Source: Octopus bimaculoides (lineage: Eukaryota). Taken from it: 64,000 nt of DNA. A model generated the notes under the pieces. It ran no database searches. It saw nothing but the letters and a program-made list of their open reading frames with translations, and was not told the origin of the DNA. The first letter of the stretch is position 1. Each line of letters begins with the position of its first letter. Shown here one piece after another: positions 11,691-24,970 of the stretch. The translations under genes were made by a program, and so were the position numbers. The stretch covers positions 94,950,297 through 95,014,296 of the forward strand of contig NC_068988.1 in assembly GCF_001194135.2 (NCBI RefSeq), in the 5' to 3' direction.

Positions 11691-12577
11691 TGTGTTAACA
11701 TGATGTAATCGAAAAGTACCTGAGCAAATACAACGAACAAACCATCTTTAATGGTACCTAAATTGGCCAATGACATTTCTTCAGTTGTTCAATATTTTTA
11801 TGTCATCTACTCGCAGGTTGTAATATTTTGCTCTTTGCAACAGCAACTGGCAACATTTGATACAATTAATGTTATAGACATTCATTCCTATCGACTTTCT
11901 ATTCGTCATTGTTTTCTTCTTTTATTTCTTTGTCGAAATTATATTCCTTTACCCTCTAGGAGAAAGAAAATGACTACAAATCAAATCATTAAATGTTTAA
12001 TATAACCAACCCGAATTTATTCCTATGATTCTACGTGACAAATTACAAAATTAAATAGAAATGACCATTTACTTAGCATTTATTTGATTTGATTATTTTT
12101 ACCTAGAAAAACATGTCCAGGTGTTGGGAGTAATGTTAACAAAATTACACAAAACCTTTATTGAGAAAAAGGAAAGAATTTCTCTGTCCACAAATAAAAG
12201 TAGATTGAATCAGAAATGTTAAACGATCAATAAATTTCAATTACAAATTAGTGATTTCGTTTGAATATCCACCATACAGCCGCAGGACTAGCAGGCTTCG
12301 TAGTTTACGAGTATGCTTAGCAACGGGATTCCCGGTTCGATCTCATTGCATGGCACTTTCGATAAATGTATCAATCATGTATCGATTTCCATCGGCCTAA
12401 GATACGAAGAGTGTTGTGGAAACTGGGATACACGGTACTTTATGAATAAAGTTCCTGGTTAATTTCGCTATCAGAGATGCTTGGATAAGCAAAAGCGTCA
12501 TCAGAATCCTGTAATAAACAAGGCTGTTTTTATACATAAATAAAATAAAAAATACACAGAATGAAATCAATATTTTG

Positions 12578-12650
12578 TTTGAAGACGTCGAACTGGCGGA
12601 ATCGTTACGGCACCGGGGAAAGTGCTCAGCGGCACGTCTTCCGTCATTAA
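12578..12650 (+). mobile_element. SINE family D head truncated by a family A copy
   Basis: gaactggcggaatcgtta..cggggaaagtgctcagcggca matches the family D 5' end. Confidence 0.55.
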
Positions 12651-12816
12651 GGCGCAGGTGTGGCTGTACGGTAAGAAGTTTGCTTCCAAACCACATCGTT
12701 TCGCGTTCAGTCCCACTGAGTGACACCTTCGACAGGCGTCTTCTACCATAGCCTCGAGTAGAACAAAGCCTTGTGAGTGGATTTGGTAGACAGAAACTGA
12801 AAGAAGCCCATCGTAT
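12651..12816 (+). mobile_element. tRNA-derived SINE, family A head/core followed by (TG)n
   Basis: aaagccttgtgagtggatttggtagacagaaactgaaagaagccc near-identical to the reverse complement of 48890-48940. Confidence 0.88.
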
Positions 12817-12847
12817 ATAAATGTATACATGTGTGTGTGTGTGTGCG

Positions 12848-12893
<46 letters not shown>

Positions 12894-13004
12894 CGTGTGT
12901 GTGTGTGTGTCATAGCAAACTAAAGTTCATCTCAAACTCTGAGATAATTTGAAAGATTACCTAAAATAAACAAAAAGTTGAGAGCGTATTCCACGGAATT
13001 CGGT

Positions 13005-13280
13005 TTCTCCCGATCAACAGAATAGCCAGCTCGTACAAGTGGCTGAGCACTCCACAAACACGCGTGCTCTTAACGGGGTTCTCAGAGAGAGTCAGCATGA
13101 CACAGGGTGCGACAGGGGCTGGCCCTTTGACTCCAGGTACAACTTATTTTTCCCAGCTGAGCAACGTAAAGAAAAAGGGCCCGTTGCTCCAGTACTCAAC
13201 GCAACGCCATGAATGGAACTCACCGCCTTACGATCTTGATCCTAACATCGTCACTAGTAAGCGACGAGTTTTCACTGATA
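13005..13280 (-). mobile_element. tRNA-derived SINE, family C
   Basis: caagtggctgagcactccaca..gacaca..gctggccctttga shared with 14873, 33345 and 54750 copies. Confidence 0.8.
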
Positions 13281-13783
13281 TAAAGAATCATGAAAACACA
13301 ACAAACAAAATTGAGAGAGAGAGAGATGAAACGACATGTTTGTTACTTAGAAGCCAAGTCAAAACAATTGTTGAACAAGAGAACAGAAGACAAACGTTAA
13401 TGTTGATCTAAACTGTAGCGATGCTATTAAATTATGTTGCCAACAAGTGAATGTCACGGTTTGCGTCAAATCGCTGACCTTTTTCAATTCAATTTTGACT
13501 ACAAAAAGAAAAGAAATCGGTTTCCGAGCAGAGTATAACGCATTGACAAAGTCATCAACTTAACATAAATCAATAGGAATTTCTAAACTTTATTGATATT
13601 TCTATTAACTTATTTAGTTTATCAGGAATTCTGTGCAGGCTTAGTGTACGGAAATGCGTGTGTGCGTGTGGAGATGTTTGTATGTGTGTGTGTGGAGATA
13701 TATGTGTGTGTGTTTGTGTGTCTGTGTGTGTATTTATAGAGATGTGTGGGTGTGTATGGAGATGTGTGTGTATGTGTGTGTGT

Positions 13784-13823
<40 letters not shown>

Positions 13824-13979
13824 GTCTGTGTGTGTGTGCGTGTGTGTACATATGCTAACAGCCGAAATACGGATTCAGAGGTCATTTTGAGATGCTTTCT
13901 CTAAAAAGGCCATCTATCATAATTATTGCAGCTCAACTAAAACAAACAAAAGCAAAAAAAAACACGCTAAAACTGTAAA

Positions 13980-14277
13980 TGTTGCTGCTGAGAGAGAGAG
14001 AGAGAGAGAGAAACAGAAAGATGGAGGGAGGGAGAGTGGGACAGACAGACAAAAAAAGAGAGAGACAAAGAAACAGACAGACAGACAGACAGTAAAAGAG
14101 AGAGAGAGGAAGAGAGACAGAGGAAGCGAGAGAGTGAGAGAAAGAGACAGATAGAAAGAGAAAAACAGAAAGAGACACAGGCAGACAGAAAGAGAGAGAG
14201 GAAGACAAACAGACAGACAAGCAGACAGACAGACAGACAAAGACAAAGACAGAGACACAGAGACAGACAGACAAACT

Positions 14278-14324
<47 letters not shown>

Positions 14325-14520
14325 GGAGTGAGAGAAAGAGAGAGACAAACAGACATAGAGAGAAAGAGACAGGCAGATAAACAGACAGCCGGACAGAGAA
14401 AAAGAGAAAGAGAGAGAAAGAAAAAGAGAGAAAGAAAAAGAGAGAAAGAAAAAGAGAGAAAGAAAAAGAGAGAAAGAAAAAGAGAGAAAGAAAAAGAGAG
14501 AAAGAAAAAGAGAGAAAGAG
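13980..14520. repeat. Polypurine compound microsatellite (GA, GACA, 14-nt GAGAGAAAGAAAAA units)
   Basis: Direct reading; about 8 copies of the 14-mer at 14400-14520. Confidence 0.95.
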
Positions 14521-14586
14521 AGTTTATCTGTTGACAATAATTTTCTTTGATTTGTTCATTTGCCGTTAATCTTACTCGCGCACACG

Positions 14587-14637
<51 letters not shown>

Positions 14638-14802
14638 CACCGACGCATATAGAATCTTGTATTTCACTGATTTAGGTAATCTTGGAGATGGCTATTCAAA
14701 TACATCACAAAGTCGTCCCGATATCTGCTAATCTCAATTACACTGCGCCGTACAAACATACGCGCCTACACATACATACATATATCTATATATATCTGTG
14801 TA

Positions 14803-14841
<39 letters not shown>

Positions 14842-14872
14842 GCTGTTTTGTTGTTGGCACTCNNNNNNNNNN

Positions 14873-15107
14873 CAGACACGTGTACCCTTAACGTAGTTCT
14901 CGGGGATATTCAGCGTGACACAGTGTGAAAAGGCTGGCCCTTTGAATTACAGGCACAACAGAAACAGGAAGTAAGAGTGAGAGAAAGTTGTGGTGAAGGA
15001 GTAGAGCAGGGTTCACCACCATCCCCTGCCGGAGCCTCGTGGAGCTTTAGGTGTTCTCGCTCAATAAACACTCACAACGCCCGGTCTGGGAATCGAAACC
15101 GCGATCC

Positions 15108-15108
<1 letters not shown>
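14873..15108 (-). mobile_element. SINE family C variant
   Basis: cagacacgtgtacccttaacgtagttctcgggga..; B-box complement gggaatcgaaacc near 15090. Confidence 0.8.
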
Positions 15109-15150
<42 letters not shown>

Positions 15151-15554
15151 CTGTTTACTTAGGGCTATGGCTGTTAATGTATATAATTGAATGAGATTTT
15201 AGAAATTTGACAAAGACTGAAAGATGTTATTGTCAATCTGTTTTACTGTATTTCTTGGTTCTTTCTTCTGTCGTAAAGTTAACAAGTGAAGTAGCCAAGA
15301 CAATGTATTTCCTAAAATATAATAATTAGCCGTAAGTAAACAGTTAATAAATTGCCAATTTGTTTCATATTAAAACTGAACACTGTACAACCAAGCAATT
15401 TCGCTAAATTTATTATAAATTCACTTCCAGATCTGTTATCAGACAGTTACGCATTAAGCTTCAATAACAACGTCAGACTTGTATGTTTAATGTTCAATTC
15501 AACAGATATATTTACGAATGTATGTATGTGTTTATATATAAATATATGTTGGTT

Positions 15555-15700
15555 GTCTACTCTTTATGCAGAGTTTGGCCACCCCCTGTGCCTACACCTC
15601 AGAACCATCATGGCGTCTGATGTAGCTTTTAAACCAGACAATGTTTTGAAAAGACACCCACATAGATTGCATATCCGATTTCGACCATCAAGAACTGCAG
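15555..15700 (-). pseudogene. 3' end of an RTE-like LINE ORF2 with frameshifted C2H2 finger
   Basis: RICNLCGCLFKTLSGLK; adding one A gives SYIRRH, i.e. CxxC..GLxSHxRxH typical of RTE C-termini. Confidence 0.5.
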
Positions 15701-16320
15701 TTAAGTTCTGATCTTTGTGGATCTTAAAAGGTGTGCACAGACATATTGGCAGAATAATTGGTGGAGGTGTATTCCCACGCAAGAAAAAAATATAGAATTT
15801 GTTTTGGGGGTTTGAAAACCCACCTGAATTTGAAAAACGTGTAGTTATTTTTAAATAGATTTATTCACATAGTACCAAACAAGTTTCAATAATATTTGTT
15901 TATCAATGGTACAAGGGAAAGATAATATCAAAGTAAATGTTCGGCAAAGAATAGAACAAATGGGCGTTAGTAAAAGTTCGGTGAGTTTTTATAGAATATG
16001 TGGACAAAAGAGGAAAAAGAAAAGGGGAAGAGAGTAAAAAATAGGGGTGGTTTTACAGTTTCTATTGTCGTGGGTGTAATCCCTCTTTTCCGTCACGAAC
16101 TGGGCTCTTCACTTTTAAAGGAGTTTTGGGAATCAGAGAATATCTTGTGTATGTACGTTTTTACGCGAATGGATCTAATTTTTGATTCGTTATATTTTGA
16201 TATCTTATTCTTCCTGGTGGATGTTTTTGGTCAAAAAATAGATTTTGTTTTGGCATTAGTGTTTTGGTTGGTTGGCTGGTTGGTTGGTTGGTTGGCTGGC
16301 TGGCTGGCTGGCTGGCTGGA

Positions 16321-16354
<34 letters not shown>

Positions 16355-16367
16355 TCTGGGTGTGTGT

Positions 16368-16398
<31 letters not shown>

Positions 16399-16424
16399 CA
16401 TGCGTGTGTGTGTGTGTGTAACTT

Positions 16425-16882
16425 TGATAACTTTAACAGGTTTCGGCCAGTATAAATCCAGGCCATGTCTAACTTAATAGCACCACCTGGTGAAGTCTTT
16501 TAGTCCTATATGGGTCACCATGGCCCACTCTAGCAAAGAGATATTATTGTTGTCAACATATCCGGGTGTAGGAGGTTGATCTAGGATTTTGTGAAGAAAT
16601 TTGTCCAGTGAACTTTTGAATTTTATGGGATCCGTTTCCGTTTTGACGTATTTTGGTATGGTATTAAAGAGAACTGGACCGGTTGAGGTAAAGTAATTGT
16701 GTCGTAATGTTGTTATGTGTCCTGAGTTCGACTTTTGTAGTGGACGGATAGCACGAGGGCCAAGTCTTGGAGGGATTTTAAAATTGATGCCAACATCATT
16801 TGTGCAATATTGGTGTAATATTTTCCACATCACACAAATGATGTAGCGCACAAATGGTGTAGGGAGTCGCCCGTGGTAAGAG

Positions 16883-16885
<3 letters not shown>
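16425..16885 (-). pseudogene. 5'-truncated CR1/L2-group LINE 3' end
   Basis: RYIICVMWKIL..RHNYFTSTGPVLFNTIP..FKSSLDKFLHKILDQPPTPGY..NISLLEW, then short UTR and aaagtt-type tail. Confidence 0.8.
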
Positions 16886-16929
<44 letters not shown>

Positions 16930-16984
16930 CATACATGGAGGATGTGTATGTACACTTTCTACAACGCAGTTACTTCTGCTTCCA

Positions 16985-17060
16985 AACCTTGGGTGAGTGT
17001 CTTCCACTGGAACCTCGGGCCTACCAAAGCCTTGTCAGACGGAACTGAAAGAAGACCGTA
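16985..17060 (+). mobile_element. Partial SINE family A core
   Basis: cctcgggcctaccaaagccttg..cggaactgaaagaag. Confidence 0.7.
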
Positions 17061-17278
17061 TGTGTGTGTGTGTGAGTGTGAGTGCGCGCGCACGCATTTA
17101 ACTTCATACGTGCATGAATTTGTTTCGTACGAGTCATTTGTCTTTTTCACATTTAAATATTGCTAAAAGATTAAAGCGACAGAATACCAGATTGAACGGT
17201 TTCGCTTAGAATTTCACATAGTCACATCATTCCACAACGAGCTCTATCTTATACATACATACATACATATATATCTAT

Positions 17279-17319
<41 letters not shown>

Positions 17320-17540
17320 NNNNNNNNNNNNNNNNNNNNNNNNNNNNNNNNNNNNNNNNNNNNNNNNNNNNNNNNNNNNNNNNNNNNNNNNNNNNNNNNN
17401 NNNNNNNNNNNNNNNNNNNNNNNNNNNNNNNNNNNNNNNNNNNNNNNNNNNNNNNNNNNNNNNNNNNNNNNNNNNNNNNNNNNNNNNNNNNNNNNNNNNN
17501 NNNNNNNNNNNNNNNNNNNNNNNNNNNNNNGTGTATGTGC

Positions 17541-17572
<32 letters not shown>

Positions 17573-18290
17573 CGGAAAGACCACGACCTTTCCAAGCTAT
17601 CTATTGATGATTCGACAGATCAAACGCGAAGCCAGGAAGTTATAGAATGATCTCAACACTCCACGTGACCTGTTGTCATTTCAGCAGGCCTTTATTCTCA
17701 ACCAAATAGAAATATGAACGACATCAAATCCCACTACTTAGGAAGTGATTAACTTTTCAAAAAATCATTTTGTACTCGTTTGACCTCACTTACTTTTATT
17801 TCTTTGTCAATTTTTGAAATCAAGAATGCTAAAAATTTCCAGGAACGGCAAAATGTACATGGTTCTGGGTGGTGGGGAGTGGAAAGGGAATTCAAAAGTT
17901 TTAATGTTTAGGCTTATCCCAAATGCTTTATGTATTTGTTTTTTTTTTTTTGTTTGGTTTTGTTTCTACGTATCACTCATAATTTATCTCTTGACAATTA
18001 TTATAATGTGTGTGTGCGTGTGTAAGTATAATTATATGTATGCGCACACATAAATATATACGTGTAAATACACACAGACACATGTGCAGATACATGTTAT
18101 TCTTTGGTTACTGAGAGAGTCAGCTTCTGAGGTTTTCGTGCAAAAGCATTTATCAAACAATGCACAAAATCCTTTCGTCACTCTGTAACTTCTCCCGATC
18201 ATTAATTACAACAATAATAAGGATTTCTTTATTAATCAGAAGGGTTTACATTAAGAAAAAAATTGTGGACAGGATGGAACAAAACAAAGA

Positions 18291-18341
<51 letters not shown>

Positions 18342-18429
18342 TATGAAGGCTTTGCGTGTAAACAAGACTAACAAAATTTAATATTAAAAAGAAAGAAATC
18401 AACAATGTGTAAACCTGAATAGGGAGGAG

Positions 18430-18790
18430 ACGTTTGAGGGCTCCTCATGGAAAAAAAAAAACATAAAAAACCATGGGTACCCTGACTTCTGAGTCAGCTA
18501 CCTTTTCTCTTTCCTTCTTTTTTCCAACTACAAGCGTATGCTTAGGGGAAGCCCGTTCACTCGCACCATTCTCGCCACTTTCATCCACCTCTCCGCAAAC
18601 TGGCCAGAAGACAGCACTTCTCTCTCTTTCCTTATTTTCCTTTTCAAGTGAAACTTGAAGAAGTTGATCAGGGATTGACCAAAGAGAAAAGTGGTTGTCT
18701 TCAGCCCCTTTTAATCTCATCCACCATACAACCTCTTTCGCCAGGGCTAACAGTCATATAAACACAGCTTTTCCTTCTCGGTTAAAGGAA
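18430..18790 (-). pseudogene. Tx1/L1-clade LINE ORF2 C-terminus and 3' UTR
   Basis: LAKEVVWWMRLKG / FLFGQSLINFFKFHLKRKIRKEREVLSSGQFAERWMKVARMVR with one frameshift. Confidence 0.6.
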
Positions 18791-18879
18791 GGTAGCGGGG
18801 CAATCTTCACGGTGGATTCAGTTGATAGCCGGATTGTTCGACATAAACCCACAGGTCAATAACAATGACCTGAAATTTA

Positions 18880-19000
18880 TTGGTAGGAGACAAGTCGATC
18901 ACATCGATCCCAGTCTTCAACTGATACTTGATTTATCGACCCCAAAAGGATGAAAAGTATAGTCGACCTCAGAACGTAACGAATGGACGAACTACAGAAT
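18880..19000 (-). mobile_element. Partial SINE family D
   Basis: gtcgatcacatcgatcccag..actgatacttgatttatcgaccccaaaaggatgaaa. Confidence 0.75.
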
Positions 19001-19799
19001 GGTTACGAATGGAAGAACTTATACCATAGACATACTCCATCAAAATTGAGCAACATCAAGAACAACTTATTTACAGCTAACTTGATTAGGTTTTAAATAT
19101 CTCTTACTGCATTAAGCAAAGGAGACAACTTAGACCTGTATAAGAAAAATGTGGGAAATTTGGAGTACAGTTTTGGGAGCGAATCAAATTGTAGCATTCG
19201 AAATGTTTCGGTTTTATCAGACTTTATCAGTTATAATCTTAACAACAACAACAACAACCAAAAACTAGAATAGAGCATAAATATTTGTCTTTTGTAAAGG
19301 AGCGCAAATGAACGCGAGGAAATATCAAGGTTCAGTAAAAACTTGGGCCATGAAACACACATGATGATGTAAACCAAGAAATAATTACAAATGAAAACAA
19401 GCATCGTCTCAAGACTAATTCTTGTAAAACAAAATGTAGTGGTAGATCCTGTGAAATGTTAATTAATTATAAATCCTTTAAATGTTGAGTGAAGTGGGAG
19501 CCTGATTGGTTTTTAGTTATACGGTGATACCTATGGATATATTTCGAAATTCTGCTTAGGTTCAAGTCACAAAGAAGCCTCAAGATCTGGATTTCGAACT
19601 ACTGACTCTTCGATCAGTTGTACTTCATTCTCTCATTCATGTTGTGGATGGAGTGAAACGTCACTAGTGCACTAGTTTAGAAGGGATCAAAGAAAACATT
19701 TTGTGTCCATCTAAAGTTCTTTGATGTTTCAGAAGGACATGTAATCTACGTTTAATTTATCTGATCTTTTACAGTGTTATTTCACATTTCGTGTCTATT

Positions 19800-19843
<44 letters not shown>

Positions 19844-22769
19844 TATCACAGCTCAAAACAATCTATTGTAAGTTAAAGCATTTCTATATTTAGGATTGGC
19901 CGTTTCCTGCGATCTTCTCTCTTAAGATTTCTATTATCGTCGATATCTTTAAAATGATCGTCCATTTTTAGACTGTGAAATTATCCGGGATCAAACCTTT
20001 TAATAATGCATATCCATTCAACTGAAGACATCAAAGTTCTGCGGAGGGGTTTGTTTTTGTTTTTGGTTTTTAACTTTGGAGATTTCTAGGTTAAGCTGAG
20101 CAAGAATCTTATCAGGAGGAAAATCTTTTCTTTTTTTTTTTCCTCTTTCTTTCTTTCTTCAAATTTCTTAGCACACTATCTTACAGATCATTACTGATAG
20201 ATAGGTCTCTGCAACCAATTAATTTGGGACATTAAACATCATTGATGCTTAATGCAAGTTATTTTCTCAGAGACAATTCGCGTTTGTTTTAAACTGGTTC
20301 CTTAAACAGATTAAGTTTATGAGATAAAATATAACTTTCTGTTAGAAATCATTTCCAAAAAGATTTTATATTTCTTCGAATAGAAAAGACAAAAAAAGTG
20401 CAAAAATATTAAAATGTCTGACACATATTATTTCAAAGGAGAATTTTTTCTTTTTCCTGTTTGTGTTGCTGGCCTATAAATACTTATTATTCTTCCTTTT
20501 ATCTCGAACTAATCTATGCAGGAAATTGAAGGCAGAATTCCTTTAGAAGATGGTGGAAATAAGTTTCATATTTATAAATTATTACTCATTGCTTGTAGCA
20601 GAGCTATATTGTTTAACAAATAAATTGATTATTATTACAATATTGATTAATTTTAATTAATATCAAATGACCCAAATTTCAGGAAGATAAATATTGAAAT
20701 TTTAATGATCATATTTTTCGTTGGGTTATCAAAGTTTAAATGAAATTGTTTCAACCGAGAATCACAACCATTTTGCTGACACTGGAACTTTCCTTAAACA
20801 GCACAAACTATTTGCACAAAGTCATGATGTTTAAAAGAGAAGGGATTAAGTCTTTCAGCTGCCTGGTGTTAGATCACAAAACATGGACGACTTACGTAGA
20901 CGACTTAGCTTACGTGGGTGAAACACCAGAAATCTTTGGAAATGGTCAATTAAATCGACTCTGGTACTTTTATTGTGCTTCTGTTGCATTTTTATTCTTT
21001 CTTTTTCTGCTGCAGGTCCATATAGTTACCACATCATTCATTATGGAAAAGTAATGACTCACAGACATTCTTTCATATTCAGCAATGATTTTGCTAAAGA
21101 ATTAGTTTTGAATTATAAAACTCCTACATTTGATACCAGGTGATGTTTTTTGTGTTTCTTGAAGAAGATACTTGTTAGGAATGGCTTTTAGATTTCTTTT
21201 CATTACGTAAATCAGAAGCTTAGAGAAAGGGATTAAGCTTAGAGAAAGGGATTAAGACTATTATCATTGGCTTCTTGGCGTATGAGTGTCTTTAATGAAG
21301 TTAGTTTTGTTTCCTGTATTCGAAGCAGGCTGTTGATGGTAGTTCCCGGCAGGCCTACCTGTGTCAGTTATTCCTGCCATTGTCAGTGTGATTCTTGTAA
21401 AAACCAATGTACTGCCTTCTCGGTGATCAGATTTAGATTTTCGATTTTGAAATGCCAAATAGGATTTTACAGCGTTCATAGAGGCAGGAGTTGCTTTTTA
21501 GACTTTTTTCTTCCCAGTTGCGACAATTCTGCGTGTCGCATTATAAATCTGAATCTTATATTTCCTGATAACACCACCCATGCTACTAGTGCCGTCAGAT
21601 GATATATTTAAATCTTCCCATAGTTCCTTGCTGCATTCTTCATAAGACATCAAAAAATTGGTCAGGTAGAGATACTGAAAATTGGATGGTAATTTTCCTT
21701 ATTTTACCTTCAAGTGGGAACATATCTTTTGGCCAAGTAGGAACCCCGTATGTCAAGTACACCAAAAATTATGGATACAAAATGCTGATTTATATTCTGG
21801 TCAGAAAAGCTGTAGTTTTCGAAATAGCTACCTAAAAATAGTCCCTTCCTCGCTGGTTTTGAAAGAAATATCCCTATCTGGTAAGCAGTTGCCTTTGATA
21901 GTCTTTGACATGTTTAGTTTTGTCTCAAAAATAATTGTTTACGTTTAGTGGATGTTTTAACAAGAATATTCCCTCAATATTCCTTCTGCTTAAATCAAAA
22001 TACGTAAACAACAACAGAAATATATTTTTGTTTATTCCATGGCAGACTTTCTTACGGATTGCATTTGTGTAGTTTATATAGGATATCAGTAATTGATATC
22101 TTACACAGAAATATCAACATCTTGCGTCGCAACTTGTGGCTTTGCGATTTCTCTATCTCTTTCATTATTATCTTATACTTATTTCCCACACCTGGATTTG
22201 TCGAGAAGATCGGTCGAATACATAATAACAGTGAATATTATTTATATTTGACGGATATTTGTCCTCATCTTGGTTGTTGTTAACACAACGCTTCGGTTGA
22301 TTTACCTTGAGTTCTCATTCCTAAGGTATTTTTCTGATGGTATTATTATTATTATTATTATTATTAATATCATTATGGAATCGAACTCAGAATCTTGTAG
22401 TTAGTAGCCCGCGCACTTAACCACTACGCCATATGCCCGTAGGCAATTTTGGAGTGAATTTTAGGGCTAATAAATATACTTTTCTCTTTTTTCTTTTGTT
22501 ACGCTGCCTGTTTCTCTTCCATGCCGTTATAGTAACCCAGTGGAGGTGCAATGGCCCAGTGGTTAAGACAGCGTACAGTACGTATCACGTCAATGTTATA
22601 ATACTTAATTCATTAAGATTATTAGCTCATTAAATTAGTTAGCCTCGTTTTTGATAGTTTCAATGTCATTAATCATAAAAATACATTTATCATAACTATA
22701 ATAATACTTCTATCGTAGCCCTTAAAATTTTTTTGATAACAATATATGTGTATTGTACGTATTTTCTTT

Positions 22770-22806
22770 TCCCCTAACTGTATGCCTACTTTTGCACCAC
22801 CCTGTA
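22770..22806. mobile_element. Tc1/mariner-type terminal inverted repeat end, partner not found
   Basis: cctacttttgcaccaccctgTA is the reverse complement of a TA-CAGGGTG-type terminus. Confidence 0.4.
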
Positions 22807-23015
22807 TTTAATAAAATGTAATTGTCTGAATAGCACAAGCGCGGATTCTGTACTCAGCAGGGTCAAACTGGCTGCATGCGCTGCAGGAATATCATTCGGC
22901 CGGTACCTATGTACCAAGCTTGATATTTACATATTGTTGTTTGTGTGTATTATTCCGACCTAAAGAGGTTCCTCAACTTTAAGTACCTAATTACAGTGAA
23001 TCTTACTTATCTATC

Positions 23016-23060
<45 letters not shown>

Positions 23061-24255
23061 NNNNNNNNNNNNNNNNNNNNNNNNNNNNNNNNNNNNNNNN
23101 NNNNNNNNNNNNNNNNNNNNNNNNNNNNNNNNNNNNNNNNNNNNNNNNNNNNNNNNNNNNNNNNNNNNNNNNNNNNNNNNNNNNNNNNNNNNNNNNNNNN
23201 NNNNNNNNNNNTATATATAACTCTGTGTAAGCATGCATGGTTGAAAGGATGGATGTGTGTATGTATATGAATTTCTGTATGTGTATTAACGCATATGTAT
23301 GTCTATACTAATATAGGCTTATGTTAATCTTTGCGTATTTAGTAAGGGTCTTTGATATTACACCTTTAAATAACACACTGTTATATAATTCTAATGAATG
23401 GGTTTGATCTGAGAATGTGAAATAAATGTATGCTTAGAGTTAGAAATAATAATGTGGATTTGAAGACCCGTTAGAAGCATTGAAGAGTTTGGCGATAGTC
23501 GGGCAGTTATGATAATAGCGTAGTGAAAGGAATTAGCGTCACGAGTCGGACAGAATGATACAAATTATAGAAAGATATAAATCAAAGTTTTCACTAATAG
23601 AAATTGAATAGTGTGTGAAATGGTGAATAGCATTATGTGATGATATAGCGAGTGTGTAGAACGGAGTCGATATATTGTATGTTAGTTTATTGATTACGCA
23701 AACACGTCTTTTAATTAGCAACATTTAAGGCTAATGTTGCTGATGATGTGAGAATCTATTAATTCTTTCTATTCGTTAGGGAATAAACATGCTCCAAATT
23801 ACATTGACAACCAACAACATTCTTATCTCCCTTTATTGATAACCTTCAAATTAAACTCTCATCTGACTGTATTGGCCTTTACTACGTATTTCCAGTGGTG
23901 CATTTTTAAAGCAGACCTTCTGAATAATAAAGTAAATCATTAAGGACATGTGTTGACAGGCGGCGAAAGGATTTTCATTCATTACTGCCAAGGTGTCTGC
24001 ACACTGCTTCAAAGTCGAAGACGATGCCTACAAAAAGAAATTCGTCTTCGGTGTCTATACTGGGAGTTCTAAGTATTTAAGGCTTGGCATTGATTCCAGT
24101 TGAATAGAAAACTGGACTGATCTGTAGCTGAAGACAACTTCACACTGAATTAAACGTAGCAGAGACGGGGGGTGGGGGAATGTGAATATAATTATTGACT
24201 TATTAGGAAAGAGGTCCGTTTTAACAACCAAAAATGTTGGATGATTCCACTGCCA

Positions 24256-24329
<74 letters not shown>

Positions 24330-24403
24330 GCAGGCAGACAGACAGACAGACAGACAGAGACAGACAGACAGACAGACAGACAGAGACAGACAGACAGACA
24401 GAC

Positions 24404-24467
<64 letters not shown>

Positions 24468-24900
24468 GTACATATATGTTCCCGCCTTTAGGCCTTCACT
24501 TCATGCACGCCAGCTCAATTTGATTCGTTCTCAGTCGAAAGACGCCTGTTGTTATTTCTTGTTGTTTGTATTCGTAATTGTGTACCATGTTCTCCGTTTT
24601 TTTTTTTGGGGGGGGGGGTGCTTGTTTGTTTTTTTGTCTTTGTTGCCGGACACATTCGCTAGCTTTCTTACAAAGGGGTCGAATGTTCTTTGCTAAGACT
24701 TTTTGGCGGGGCCATCCAGATCGAACCATCTCAAGTGCAACTGCCCGAAATTGTCGTGACTTCTGGGACTTGACTGATGAAAGAAAGCCAAGAATGACCC
24801 GTCTTTCTTTGCCTGTTCTTCTAATTGTTGTTTCTCTTGTCCGTCTTTGTGTCGTCTATCTGTCCGAATGTTTTAATGCCCTCTATTGCGTTTTTGTTCC

Positions 24901-24970
<70 letters not shown>

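Noticed and set aside
12455-12515. Minus-strand CTGATGA...GAAA with a possible stem II
   Set aside because: U16.1 absent and stem I does not pair
20880-20930. YVDDLAYVGET, RT YADD-like motif
   Set aside because: Isolated motif with no other RT domains nearby; too weak to annotate
21016-21050. 35-nt plus-strand exon candidate (strong acceptor, AAA|GTAATG donor)
   Set aside because: Weak donor, not frame-preserving, no partner exons or recognisable peptide
22283-22310. Half hammerhead (GAAG-CGT-T-GTGT on minus) in a PLE-like repeat end
   Set aside because: CUGANGA half not present in this copy; cannot be supported from the window alone
22380-22600. tRNA-gene-like A/B boxes
   Set aside because: No complete cloverleaf; they are SINE head remnants
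24765-24805. CTGATGA..GAAT motif in a PLE-looking repeat
   Set aside because: No convincing stems and GAAA is altered
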